A stretch of 64,000 nt of DNA from Azolla caroliniana (Eukaryota; Plantae; Polypodiophyta): assembly GCA_043228905.1 (NCBI GenBank), contig JBHGNT010000001.1:5084001-5148000 (forward strand), given 5' to 3'. Within the stretch, counting starts at the first letter, position 1. Each line of letters starts with the position of its first letter. A model generated the notes under the pieces. The model searched no databases. It was not told the origin of the DNA and worked only from the letters and a program-made list of their open reading frames with translations. Position numbers and translations under genes: made by a program. Shown here one piece after another: positions 13,209 to 26,800 of this stretch.

Positions 13209-16200
13209 TCAAGACGGTCGACGTGTTCTCTTAGCAAGAGGTAACCCTGGTCGGTCATATCGGATTCGAGGAGATCTCCGAGGAAAAGATGGAAATTGCG
13301 ATGACTTTGTGTCATTTCTACAACGATCATTAATATCAACTACATGTAGCTTCGAGAATCCAATACTATCAACCTTTGGAATGTCTCTTCTAAGTTCTCT
13401 CTTGGTTGATGTACCTATAGCTTGATCCTGGGATGTATGGTTAGTACCAGAGGAGATGGCTTCATTGGAGAGCTTGGACACAACATCCACATGTGGCGGT
13501 TCCTGAAGTAAGAAAATTTTCTTATTCCTTGACTTATAAGAAGAGCTTTCTTCTTGTTGGGATGATGTCGATGATGCTGGTCTTTGGTCTGTATTAGGAT
13601 TGAGTATTTGTGCCCCAATCTCAGAATTTGGGACGTCCCTTCTGAGTAATTGATGCTTCTGTGCTGTAATAGAGTATAAAACAGAACGCTTAAAATCGTT
13701 TTGCTCTTTTTGTTCTCGAATTTCACTATCCAGCAACATGACCAGCTTGTTTCTACCTCCATCTTGATCTCTTTCAGAGGCATCCAGTTCCCTCTGTTGT
13801 GAATGGAATCCATTAAGTGTATGGCATATGCTTAGTAGTTGACGAGAAACAAAATAATAGTTGAAAGAAAAGACAAGTTTTTCACCTCAAGCAGTTCTAG
13901 GGCTATGGATGGATCTTTTATTTTCCAAAGAGAGCCATTTGTAAGAGCTGCAATAGGATTGTCCGACAAACTTTGCTTCACATCACTTGATTTTTTTATA
14001 CCCTTAAACTGAAGCAGCAAGTAAGTTAACCTCTTAAAGCAACAAGGAAACTTACCAACATAGTCTTTTTGTTATTTTAAGTTCTATCAACTTTACAGGA
14101 ATAACGTTGCTTTAAATTTACCGACTCTCCAACAGACCGTCAACCATTCTTTTGTAGCACAATTGACAGCTTGTTTCCATAACAGTCAACCTACCAACTA
14201 AACTGTCTATATCTCTAGAAGATTTTTCCGTGGTGTACACAGCCAGGTTGAGATTGACATGCACATATGCAGCACTACGAGAACTATAGAGACCATGTCA
14301 TCAGGCATACTTTCAGAAGCCTGTAAAATGGCATATTATTGTGGACTATTCATGAGTATAACGCAGGAAGGATTTATGTAGAGTATATACATTAGGATGC
14401 ATTCATGCTACTCAAGATATTGAGAAGCATACATGCCACAGCAAAGATTGTGTTATGATTTGCCAATTTCAGGTAACCTTCCACCAGCTCGATATAAAGG
14501 GGCACGTGACACATATGCCTCGAGTGGAGAGGATATGCAAACTTTGTTGGGGCATAATGCACTGTTTCAAGGGTGCACCACACTCTTGACATCCCATACC
14601 ATAACAAGAGGTCACACTCGAGCCGCACAGAAACCTTCAGATCAAGAGTACTAGGTTTGTGGGCACCGAGACTACACCCAGACCATAGAGACCAAGACCC
14701 ACAACGAGGATATAGAGACCCAGAAACATCATAGAGAGCAGTGCTATGGTATGAGAATTGTTTGATCCAATAACTCTATCCTGCATCCCATTATCAGTTG
14801 TTGATGGAGCTAGTCATGTAGTTACATATACCACTTCAACTCTACTAAGCCCAAAGTCTTCATATGCCCACTTACGACATAGTTGTATTAAAGAATTTTG
14901 TTTTGTACCCAAGTAGAATATTAAAACGTAGTTTTGCAAGTAAACATTTGACAGCATTACTTACATATACATGCATTAAAGCCTCCTCTGCGGTACACCG
15001 GCGTGCAGGGTCAAAAGCAAGCATTCGCAAGAGAAGATCAATTGCGTCATCCTCTACAAGACTGGCCATACCCTTTGCCAGGTTTCCTGCCTAGCAAACC
15101 CAAATATATTAATACGACAAGAATAAAGGGGATGACACCTTAATTCTAGAAGCAATGAAAAATCTTTAATGTTAGCATTTTCATAAAGAAAGAAAGATAT
15201 GTTGATGACTCTAAAAGACCATAATATCCTACGGAACCTGACAAAGATTGCAACTGTAGTTATTAACTGTCAATACTATAGTTTTCAATCCTTGTATTGT
15301 GGAAAATAGGACAACATCCATGTTGCAAAGTTATTCTTTTAGGGAGCAGATCGTTATCGTGCATGAACTCAATTAAAATTATGAAGACTTGTTGTAACAA
15401 ATGTAAGATCCAGCAAGACTGAATTCCCATAACGCCAATGTTGCAAAGCACAAACTTTACCACTATACCATTATATTTATATACTACTAGAAGCTCAAGG
15501 CAGCCTCATGAATGCTATCACATTGTTCTAAGGTCATCTTCAGTCTCTTGTAGGTTGTCTAAAAGTAGTGCTATCACATTGTGCTTTAGCATATATTTTC
15601 TTGTTTCATTAATACACATTGCCCTTACTGATATTGCCTTCAACAAGTAGATACGGATGTTGAAAAACTAACATATAAACTTCATGATTATTGCAAAAAA
15701 AGGAATAAACAATGTCACTTTGGGAAAATGTTATACTCGTCCAGGCAATTCCTTTAAGTATTCACGCCACGTTTCGCTCGGTATACTCTGAATATCCTTC
15801 CAACAAGGAGTTCCAATTACATTGAAGATGACATTAAGCTGCAACAGAGAGCACATATTAGGAAAGGTCATAACAAACCCTTCCTCCACAAGTGTCACAA
15901 AAAATAGGCCAAACAGATGTGAGTGTCATAACCTGCTCTGCTAAAGGTGTGTGACTATCCTTGGCATATTTTTCTCCAGCATCTGGTGTAACAGGCTCTC
16001 CACTGAAGCACAAATTTCACCCTCATAATCATTAAGCAGACTATGTGTGCATCTTACTGAAGAAGGTCAAAGGACATTACCGAACACCAAATAAGGGATT
16101 AGCTAGGGGCCCCCTGAATTGTTGATTCACACTCCTGATCAGTAGCTCCTACATGTAGGAAAATATGATATTCACTCAATACTGAATATTCAAATGTTGT

Positions 16201-19200
16201 ATTTAAATCTGGAATTTAACCTACCCAGAAAATACAACCCAATGACCATCTGATGCATTGAGATTTACGTGCCGTTTCCAAAATAAACAACATAATTAGA
16301 TATCTCAGTATTTGGCATTATGGCAAAATGTTCATTTTATTGTGAATCAATTCAGAAAACTTACTCACATATCAATTGTAGAATCATACTCCCCTCTAGA
16401 CATAATCACCTCCGGTGCACGATAACATGGTGTAACAACCTGTATTTACCAACCAGTAAACAATCCATCATAAAGAGTTGGTCATTCATTCATACCTCAA
16501 ATATTAAGAACAGTCAATAAGAATTTAATTTACAATATCAAAGCAAAAAACATTATGAATATTCATATGAGATCCAAGTTAGAAATCATCATAGATATGA
16601 GTCAAATCCAACAGTACATTAACACCTAACCACCCACAAATATTGCCTCCAGGATATCAAGCGCCTTGATATGGAGGTTTAGCATCGGTAAGTGCTCATG
16701 AAGCACCAGGGGCCTGGTAGTGGGGTTTGTGAACACCAAATCAGTGGACATGTCTCTGGTGATGGTGGAGATGCCGACTGATTTAACTGTGTGTGGAGAC
16801 ACAATATGAGACAGAATTGTCAATTGAGTGGCAGCGTCACCTCGTTCTCTTGGAGTGCGGACCAAATATTATTGGAGCTCAGCCATGTGGCTGCTCTCTC
16901 CTATTTTGAGAACAGGGTTTGGAAACAACCTTTGTATTCCCAGTTCAGCCATGTGGCTGCTCTCTCCTATTTTGAGAACAGGGTTTGGAAACAACCTTTG
17001 TATTCCCAGCTCAGCCATGTGGCTGCTCTCTCCTATTTTTGAGAACAGGGTTTGGAAACAACCTTTGTATTCCATCTACTAGACACACAGTTGAGTTCAC
17101 TATCTTACTTCCTGCGTAGCCTAGGGGTTTGCAAATATTACTTGTTTTCAGGTGTGTAACTGCAATACATTGTCAGCAGTGTCCCCAATAAAGTTGCTTG
17201 TTAGGCCCTTCAATTTGGTTTTTTGACTGTCACCGCAGACACTGGTTGCCGAAGAGTTCAAGCTAGCTAAAACAGAAGCATCGCTTCTGCGGGTGGGGCC
17301 CGCTGGGGGCTTGTCTGCTTGCTGTAGGTGGGGTTTCCAGGGTATCAAAGGGGCTAGTGGTGGCAAGCTTTCTCTGGTGCAAGGAGTGTCGTGGCTTTGG
17401 TGGGTAGTGATAGTTCCAATTCTCCTGATGCTCACAATGATCTTCAAGGTTGCAGCATTCCTGGCAATCCATAGACATATTAAGTCTCCTGAAACACCTC
17501 TGTATAACATTTCTTTCCTGTCTTTAAGGACCAAAAAGAGCTGAAACAAATGAATCCAATCCCAGGAAGAAAATTGTGCTCACAGAAATGATGGTTCTCC
17601 CTCCCTGACTATTCCATTATCTTTATTCTTATTGCAAGGACTTAAAATAGTTGTTCAGACAGTAGATTCATGAAGCATAGAGGCTGGGCAGTTGATTGCG
17701 TGAGGGACGATCGGTGATGAAGAAAATCCAGTAGTTTTCATAATTCACAGATGTTACGAAATAGATCATGAGGTCATGTCTCTAAAGTGTAATGGTTAAA
17801 TTAACACCGACAGCGTAGTATCACATGCGTGTAAATAAAGCACAACAATATGGATCTATTTTATTCCATCTGGGTTGCACACTCCTTCGCTAGTGATTCA
17901 CAGATATTCTTTGAAGCTCTTTGGCTCAACCTTTGTATGGCTTCTCATTGTCTAGAACTAGATCAATAGTCCAGATAAATATTAAACATGTATGGCTTCT
18001 CATTGTATGGATCAACCTTTGAATCTGCTGTAGTTGAAGACCATGTTTCCTTGCACATAAATATTAAACATGTATTCTTCTGTGTGTACTCATTACACTC
18101 ATTACCGCCAAAAATAATGGAAAAAGAATATAAATACTTATATGATAGGAAATGCCAACCAATATTGTCAGAAAATCTATCACAAAAATATTTGTTTTTA
18201 AAACTATCTCTTTATTTGACCAATGAGAATTGAAGGCAGTAAAAACTACCATACCATTTTAGTGTATTGTCTTGTTAATGTTTTCCTTATAAATTTTTTC
18301 CCAGCAGTGCCAGTGGAAATTTTCCCAAGCTCAAGACCAGAAGCAGCCTGGAAACAATACCAGGTTCCAAATAGTTACATGAACTTGTGCCGCATGCAGG
18401 TAAATCATAACTAATTGCCACAATGGATTACCTCTTCTGCTGATCTTGACAACCCAAAATCACAAATCTTGGCATGCATCCTAGATGTCAGAAGAATATT
18501 TTCTGATTTGATATCTCTGGAAAATAACCATAACTTTTAGCATAGATTTATGAACTGAGCTAGATAGTTTTTAAGCCAAAAACAAATCAAACCTCAAACA
18601 AAAACAGAAATTAAGATACAAGTGAACTGAAGAACAGTACCTGTGCCAAACATGACATGAATGTAGATATTTAAGCCCAGAAAGCAGCTGCCACATTAAC
18701 ACTTTTACATCACTGCTGGACAGTGGTTCTTTTAAATGATACAAGTCACCCCTGAAAAGTTTCCATAACTGTTTACATAAAAAGGCACTGGTAAAATCAT
18801 TACATGTATTGTTAAAGTATATACACATTAAGAAATTTGAAGGATGACTGTAAATCAATACAATACGTATGTTATGTAGAGATATACATTACCAGATAAT
18901 GTCCTAATAAGAATGTTACTGATGCATTTAAATTCCCCAATCAAAATTCCAAATGTAGAAAATTATTTCATTTTCTGCTGGAGTGCAGGATTGAGATTGA
19001 TCAATGGAAGGAAATTATCGTTGGCATTTGCATAAATGTGTTCTTTTTATACATAGCAGGTCAGAATTGTATAACAAAATGACATGGCACATTCATTTGC
19101 ATATTACCCATCAGCAAATTCTGTTGCAATATAAAGATCAAGCCCACCTTCGATATCAGATGATGGATAGACAAAAACATCTGTTACTGTCAAATCAGGG

Positions 19201-20215
19201 CAGAAAAAAACTGGAAGTTAAACTTCTATTCCTGTCATACGTTACGACCAAATTAAGTGATTCTTGGATTTCTAAGTAAATCTTAAGTATAGGGGAAAAA
19301 ATTCTTGGAATAGAAGAGTGTATCATTACAAGTTTTGTCATGTCTGAGTTTCATGCTCATTCATGTCACAAGCCTTTCAGCTTTTATTTGTACTAAATCT
19401 TTGTTATGGAATCAGCATTCCAACTCTTGTAAAGGAACCCATTGAGCTTTTGAATCAACCACAGTCAAAATGAATATTTTTTCCCAGGATTTTGCATACT
19501 TCTTGATAAACTTACAGGAAATTATATGTTGATGAGACAGGCGACGCATAATGCAAACCTCCCGAAGAACACGTTTAGCCAACAAGGGGCAACATAATAC
19601 ATCTGGAACTCTCTAAAGCCAAAAAAAATCCAACCAAATTTAGTAAACTGGATTCACTTAGAGGGTTTTTAGAAAAGAAGGGATAAGAATACCTTCAATG
19701 CTACTATCTGGTTCATTTCCAAGTCTGTGGCTCGACAAACATCCCCATATGAACCACCTCCAACATGCTCATGCAAAATATATTTGGGTCCAACTGATAA
19801 GATAGAAAAAGAGTTTAACAAAACGTTTTCCCAGTGTTCCATGTGACCTTGCATTAGTTTTCAAATAACATTCTTTGATTGCTACACTTGTTTCCTATTC
19901 AAAGAAGAAATGGGCAAAACCATCTCTAAGACTTTCCATAAATGAGCTAATGATAGACATTCAAGTAGAATTGGCACTGCTAACTTAGTTTGAAAGGTTA
20001 CAGTAACTGAAACTTGTATATTACACTTCATGTGCTACTTTTTTTCTCGAGACCTTGGCATGGAGGCCATCATATATCTTCATGATTGAAAAGCAATAAG
20101 CTCAACATGGTAGAAATGAAGAAGAAAGCGAGAATCGAGAGAGGATGGGCATACCTGTCCATAGCTTGCCACGGACATTGTAACTGTTACAACTGTCGGG
20201 CATGGCTGCCTTCAT
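13209..20215 (-). CDS. Atypical MAP-kinase-like CMGC Ser/Thr kinase, 15 coding exons
   Basis: GT-AG exons (approx.): 20155-20215, 19693-19793, 19516-19612, 19108-19186, 18641-18751, 18432-18516, 18255-18347, 16369-16439, 16225-16249, 16081-16148, 15933-16002, 15737-15838, 14964-15090, 13886-14008, 13209-13793. Motifs GGGSYG, VALK, AKRVLREV, HRDIKSEN, KICDFGLSR, YTKMVVTPCYRAPE, DIWSLGCIF, QLNVIFNVIGTP, AIDLLLRMLAFDPARRCTAEEALMHVYF. Confidence 0.9.
16876..17072. repeat. 3 x 66-bp near-perfect tandem repeat in a kinase intron
   Basis: CAGCCATGTGGCTGCTCTCTCCTATTTTGAGAACAGGGTTTGGAAACAACCTTTGTATTCC starts at 16880, 16946 and 17012. Confidence 0.95.
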
Positions 20216-20490
20216 TTTCGTCGTCGGAGGAGGAAAGAGATACAAATGGAGGCTGTTGACCGGCAGCAATGAGTCAAGAGGGACGACAACCCAGGGATCT
20301 TAGAGCAAAAAAGCCAATCAATCATTCACAATATGTACATATATGTAACTCTTCTCGCTACGATCGCTCAAATCATCTAAAGACTGAACATTGTTTGGGC
20401 TTTCTTTTGTCCTGTCCGGCCCTGCCCTGCCCTGCCCCGCCCTTCACCAAAACTATGGTCTGGACTCTGGGCGGCCATATGTATCCCAAA

Positions 20491-21246
20491 CAAGAGCCTG
20501 AATTTGATGGGTTAGTATTAAAGTTTTTTGACGGGCATTTTTTAAAGATCTATGTCATATATGACATGAGAGAGTACAAAAACTAACATGTCATTTGACA
20601 TACAAATTTTAATAATAATGAAAAGCTCTATACGATGCTTCATTGTTATACATTTCATTACTATAGAAAGTAATGCACAAATAAACATAAATGCCTCACA
20701 AATATCATAAAATATATCAAATAAATACCGTGTTAATGTTTTAACTCATAAGTATGAAAAAAACAAATTTGGGAAAAAAAAGGGTTGGTAAAATATTTCA
20801 TTTTAACTTAAAACATTAAAATCAAACCTAGAGTTTACACTCTTAAAGTATTTTTAATAAAGGTTATTGTTTAAAATTTCAATCAAATTACAACTAGAAT
20901 TATTTAGTAAAGAATAAATATTTGAGAATATATGTACATATATCATTATTACACGATGATCATATTATTTTAAGCGTGTTACAGAAAACAAAAAAAACAT
21001 ATAGTATAAAATTTAAATATATTATTATACACACTTTATAGTATCTATAATAAGTGACATATGTATATGACATGGGAAAATGAATTTTAGCATGTCATTT
21101 CACATGCATAATTTGTAGGGGCCTTTCACATGAAAAATGGAAATTTAAACTTTATATGTCACTTGATGGGCATTTTTATTATGTGTATGTTTTTGACAGG
21201 CAAAATGGCCTTTGACAGGCATGACACCCATCACATTCTTGCCTTG
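20491..21246. mobile_element. Probable old hAT-type MITE upstream of the kinase
   Basis: Imperfect TIRs CAAGAGCCTGAATTTGATGGGT / ACCCATCACATTCTTGCCTTG; flanks ATCCCAAA / GTCCCAAG (6/8 match); TTGAC(A/G)GGCA subterminal motifs; AT-rich core. Confidence 0.6.
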
Positions 21247-23194
21247 GTCCCAAGCAAAGCCCTCTTAGAACAAAAGCTTCTTTAAACTACTTTCGTTATA
21301 TACCTCATTCTCCAATATCAATGTTAACTTGTCATTGGTCAACGTCAATCATTTCGTCATCTAGATGTCCTGCCCACTCCCGCTCTCTCATCTCTGCGCA
21401 ACAACGTTTCTTTCGTCCTACTCATATTTCATATTTCACTCACCATCATGACACTCATAAACACAAATCTAGGGTAAAACACGAGAAATAGCCCTTCCCC
21501 CAACTAACTGACCAACCACATAATACCGAAACAAACCTCGGTTTTTTCAAACATCACTTGAAAACACCTCTACTTTTATAAACTTTTGGAGATCATTTTA
21601 CTAACTTTTGAAGGTAAATACTAAAGAAGTGTGTCAACAACCTCATGAAATTGGTAAAACAAAAAGAAAAGTAAAAGCTTGTTTCCTCGATCTCACGGTT
21701 AAGTTTTGTTCTTTAAAACATCTTCTAGACATCCTCAATCTATTTCCTTTGGAAACTTTGAAGTGCATGTCGAGTGTTGTACAAAAACAAGAAAGCGCAC
21801 AAACAATACTTGACACATATTACTCAATGAAGACAACTGAGATCCATTCTTGTATTAGCTATGGACCAAGGCATGATTATATCATAGATTATATGCTCTT
21901 GAAAACTAACCTACAAATACACACTTTGATTTGATTATTCCTACCAATGTTTAACCCATCTATCATATTCAATGCCTCACTCTTTCCATTTTCCATTGTG
22001 GCAGAGGGTAGTTGGCGCTTGCTCACACCAACACACCCCCTCGAACACTTTACCCATATCAATTTCATCATCCGATTCAATTTGAATTTTATTTCATCTT
22101 TAATAGAACAAACTTCTACGTATGAACTCCCACATCATTTAGTTGCTTAAACTCTTCCATCAATTGGTTGATTGAACTCGTGTATAATCTAACTTGTTTG
22201 ACACTTCTTGCTAGTATTCCCACACTTGAGCAATCCACTATAGATCCTTAATTCACTCAAGTTTATGGGCCTTCACGAAGAGATCTACACAATTTCCATT
22301 TAAAGGATAATCACTTACTTCACCAGAATGTATGGTTGGTATTGGGTCATCATATGCTTGATCCACTTGAATGAACATTGAATTGTTTTTTATAGTAATG
22401 TAGTTGTATTTATCACACCTTATTTTCACCTAAATCAATATCTTGATCTCTAATGGGACCTTTCACACTACAACTCTTCCATTGAGGATAGCAAGACACT
22501 CCATTGCTTGTTAATTGAATAATCCAACTACTCAATGAGGGATCAACTTGACGAAGGCACAACTTGTCATTGAGTACAGCAAGACACTCCATTGCTTAGC
22601 TTAGTCAAAACCAAACAATGCCTAGGCAAATCCAACTACTCAATGAGAGGTCAGCTTGACGGGAGCCACAACTTGTCATCCTCACGCAAATTTGTCAATG
22701 CATGGATGGGGTAACAGCTCTACTACCACTAGGACCTTTTTGGAGCAAACATGCATGCATGCATGGCATTGGTTAAGATCGCCATATAAAAAATGTGAGT
22801 GTTTAATAGCTAGCAAATGGTATGCTAAATCCCACCCCTTATTACCATTATAAACAGTCCTCTCAACACACAAGGCACACCAAACGTGTGGCTACACATC
22901 ATGCCATTTAATTATTGAGTATAATAATAAATGAATTTTCATTTAAATGTGGTAGAGCATGTCCTAGACTGAGGTTACGGTTTACCTATGTATTATAAGC
23001 TTTTAGTGTCTTGTAAGAGTAATATATGTCTGCCATCTGTTGTTGTCAACCAGCAATTTTGATTGCATGATCTAGTTCAACTGCGCATCAGATGTCCGAT
23101 CTTCAATAATCTCAAAGTGCTCTCAAGGCACATGTCATTAACTTACAACGTGACACTAATAGACCCGATGAGCGTCAGGGTGAACCATCATTTT

Positions 23195-23440
23195 TCGTAA
23201 AGCCATTTACGGGAGAAAAAAAAGGAAAGAATCGAAAAAGCAATCTGCACGTGGTTGGGCTGATGGGAGACTCATTTTGAGCTCTATCCCATGCTAGATA
23301 ATACGAAGATTGCATGTGTCGGCCGAGAACTTGGGGGTAAGGCCGCCGCCTGGTGGCGTGGGCTCTGAACTTTGGGGAAATTGCCCGATACCTGGACAGA
23401 TTTTGTCACATTTATCAAGGGCCAATTTCTACAACCTTTT
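23195..23440 (+). mobile_element. Ty3/gypsy gag fragment
   Basis: VKPFTGE...TWLG*WETHFELYPMLDNTKIACVGRELGGKAAAWWRGL*TLGKLPDTWTDFVTFIKGQFLQP fits the retrotransposon gag pattern; in-frame stops. Confidence 0.75.
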
Positions 23441-23838
23441 CACGTCCTGAAAAGAAAATAGTTATTAATATCATACTGTCATTGTATGCCTAAATACAAT
23501 TTCTGCCAAAGGCTGGTCAAATGCCATAATTATGCTGATAGATATCCACATTGCATGATGATCAGCCAACAGTGGCTAGCCTCAATCCAGTACAAACATT
23601 GTAAAATTCATTAGATTATCAGCTTGTATATTACATTCCAGAAGGCTGAAAAGTACAACCCCAGAATTACAACCTATTACATTTCCCATAGGCTTTTTAA
23701 TGCGTTGATCATGATGTTTTGTGACGTGTGAGAACTTAAAAGGCTTCTCATTGTCCTCAGTTATGTTTTGTATAGAATGTCATAAACCATACCCTTCAAC
23801 GAATTTCATCATGATACCAATAAATAAGATCATTGAAA

Positions 23839-26800
23839 TTATGGGTGGGAGACACTTTTTATCCCATTGACACATGCCCAACCATCTTGTGATTGTACCG
23901 AGACGTTTTCTAGATATGGAGCATAGGCCTCTAAAACTTGATCTACCTGAAATAGATCCCAGCATACATTAGAATTATATAAACACACATAAATATATAG
24001 ACATACAAGAATCATATATACATGCATGCATACATGATACGATACATATATAATCAATCAAATTGAAGGCATGCAAATTACAATACCTGACTTTCTAGAA
24101 TTCCAGAAAGACCAAGGCATCCACCTGGTCTGATGTATCTCAAAAGATTACAAGAGAGCTGCAACACGGGATTAAGGAGAAGATTTGCAATCACAATGTC
24201 ATATGCTCCATCACTAATGGATATCTCATCATTATCGCTACTACTGGGAGCAAGAACAACTTCAAGGGACTCTGACCCAAAACCATTGAGTAAAGCATTC
24301 TGTTTTGCAGATGTAACTGCAATCGGATCAATGTCTACACCTACCGCATGGCTAGCCCCTAGCTACAAAATAAAATAAAAAGAATGAAAAAACAAATCAT
24401 AGTGAATCTAGAAAAAAGAACAAAAGAAATTAACATTTGAGTCTATAAAAAATTCTAGTTTTTCACCTTCAGTGCTGAAATGGCCAGAATCCCAGAGCCA
24501 ATCCCATAATCCAAAACATTTTCCCCCCCCTTTACAATTTGTTTCAACCACCGAAGACATAACTGAGTAGTTGGATGATCACCAGTACCAAAAGCAAGCC
24601 CAGGATCCAGAATCACATTGGTGGCTGAAGGATCCTATCAAATAACATGAATTAATAAATAAATCAGCACAATGACGAACCCAAGTTCATTATGTTCTCC
24701 AAAATGTAAAAGAAAAAATTTTCATTACCGGTACAGTGCTCCACTTGGGCACAATCCATAAGTTTTCTGAGATCTTTGATGGTTGAAACAGATCCTGAAG
24801 ATATAAAAACAATGCCGAACTAAATAACCATCCTATTCAATCTTCTTCGTACATGAATGGTAGATACATATATAAGGCAGTTGTTATAAGCTACACAGCA
24901 AATTCAAGGCAAAATGTGCAAAAAAAATAATTGTGGTAGCATTGACCATCTGAAAAAAAATGTACAAAAACTTACAGCAACAAACACAAAGAGACATAGC
25001 ATTGGATATGTTCAAATGTATGAATGGTTTCAGCTACATTATATGAGTATAGATGCATTACCATCATTCCTATATAGCTTCTGATATCCTCAAATTAGAT
25101 CTATAAAGTTCATGGATCAGCTGCAAGGTACTACTTGATAGAAATATGGCTCACTATCAGTTTCTATTTTTACATGGATATTATAACTTACAGTAATATA
25201 GTGATTGTTTCTAGAAAGAAAGGAAAGACTAATGCAACAGTCTAAATAGTTGTACATAAATGTCCCAAATCTTTCTCACTTTCTAAATCATGTGTACACT
25301 ACTAAAGAATAAAGAATTTTTAACTGAAACTGAAACGATTAGGGTGTATAAGGCAGTGAAGTTAAGAGCAATACAATTTAAGAAGAAATAAGAATAACAT
25401 CATATACTTTTACTTCTTGTTCCCAATCTTGATGCTTAACAGCTTCAATCTCATAAGGAGGAATTTCCTTTAGCCCTATTGATTCGAATGCAAAAGAAAG
25501 ACTCTCCTCCGCATCTTGTTCAGCTGGAAATAATGCAGTCAACTTACTCTACAGCAACATAAAAATACATTGTCCATGAGTGCAGTCATTGTGTGGAGAG
25601 AAAGAAACAATAAAACTAAAAGGCTACTTTAATATCACTAATAATTTGCATAAACGTCATTGTTGTACATTGAGTGGCAAGTTTCTTGAGTTCCCTTGAG
25701 ATGGGAATTTAATAGGCTTCAGGTTTTACATATTTTTGTTCTGTTTTTAGATGTGTTGAGAGTAGGAAGAGATCACAACTTATCCTCAAAGTCGTGAGTT
25801 CTGTCTTGGCAAGTAATGACTTGGCTTGTCAATTTTCCACCTCTTTACCATTTTGGAAGGCAAGCTTCCTCACATATAAAACACATTTTTTTACTCTTCT
25901 AAACCATCAGCTCTTCTTTCTTATTAATGTTGTGATTAGTTATGTGTGTGCACCACTATTATAAAAGTCTCAGTTTTCCTTGATAAAAAATTAAGTTTCC
26001 TATTGACTATTTTCTGGCAGTTTGTGGTGCAATTGGACTAGCAGGATTACCCAGATGATTATCAACGTGCTGATAGGCACTGCTTACAATATAAAATAAG
26101 TTCTTATAGCCCATCACATAATATCCAGATCTCTAAGTTCATAATTCATATCAAACGAACAAGTTCTTATAGCCCATGATGTAATATCCAGATTCTACAT
26201 TCATAATTCGTATCAAAATTTAGTAATCCATAATTGGATACGTCAAAACAAGGTCTTATCTTCATGATTCGTGCAGGGTGGAGGATCTTGGCTTTAATAT
26301 TTTCTGGATACCTACAATATACTGATTTGATAGTGAAAAGCATTTTTATTGACAAAATTTATTATCAATAATCCATGGAAGTCTCCTTCTCAGCTTTATT
26401 TGATTTTGAATAAAAGAACATAAGGGAAAATAGTACAAATTATTGGCATTAAAGTGCATCTTGATAGGGAACGCATGTATGTATCCATATAACTCAAGTA
26501 AATTCAAAGAAATATTACCTGATCCCAAAATTTTCGTTTTTCATCACTCCATGCCACTGGGCCACTTGAAACTCCCTATATGCACATCAAATAGCTTTTT
26601 ACGTGAAAGATTCAAATCTGTTAGAAATGTATGCATTAAAATATAAACATTCTTTTCCAGCAACTTAAAAAAGTCTAAGATACAAAATGAACTTAAAAAA
26701 TATATCATAATTAAACTGATTTAAAATAATTAAATATTACATGTGAAAGAACAATTCTAAAAACCAAGAACCTAAATAGTCAGGGTGAAACAGGAAACCA

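Noticed and set aside
16876-17072. CRISPR-like array
   Set aside because: Units are contiguous with no unique spacers, the context is a eukaryotic intron, and there are no cas genes.
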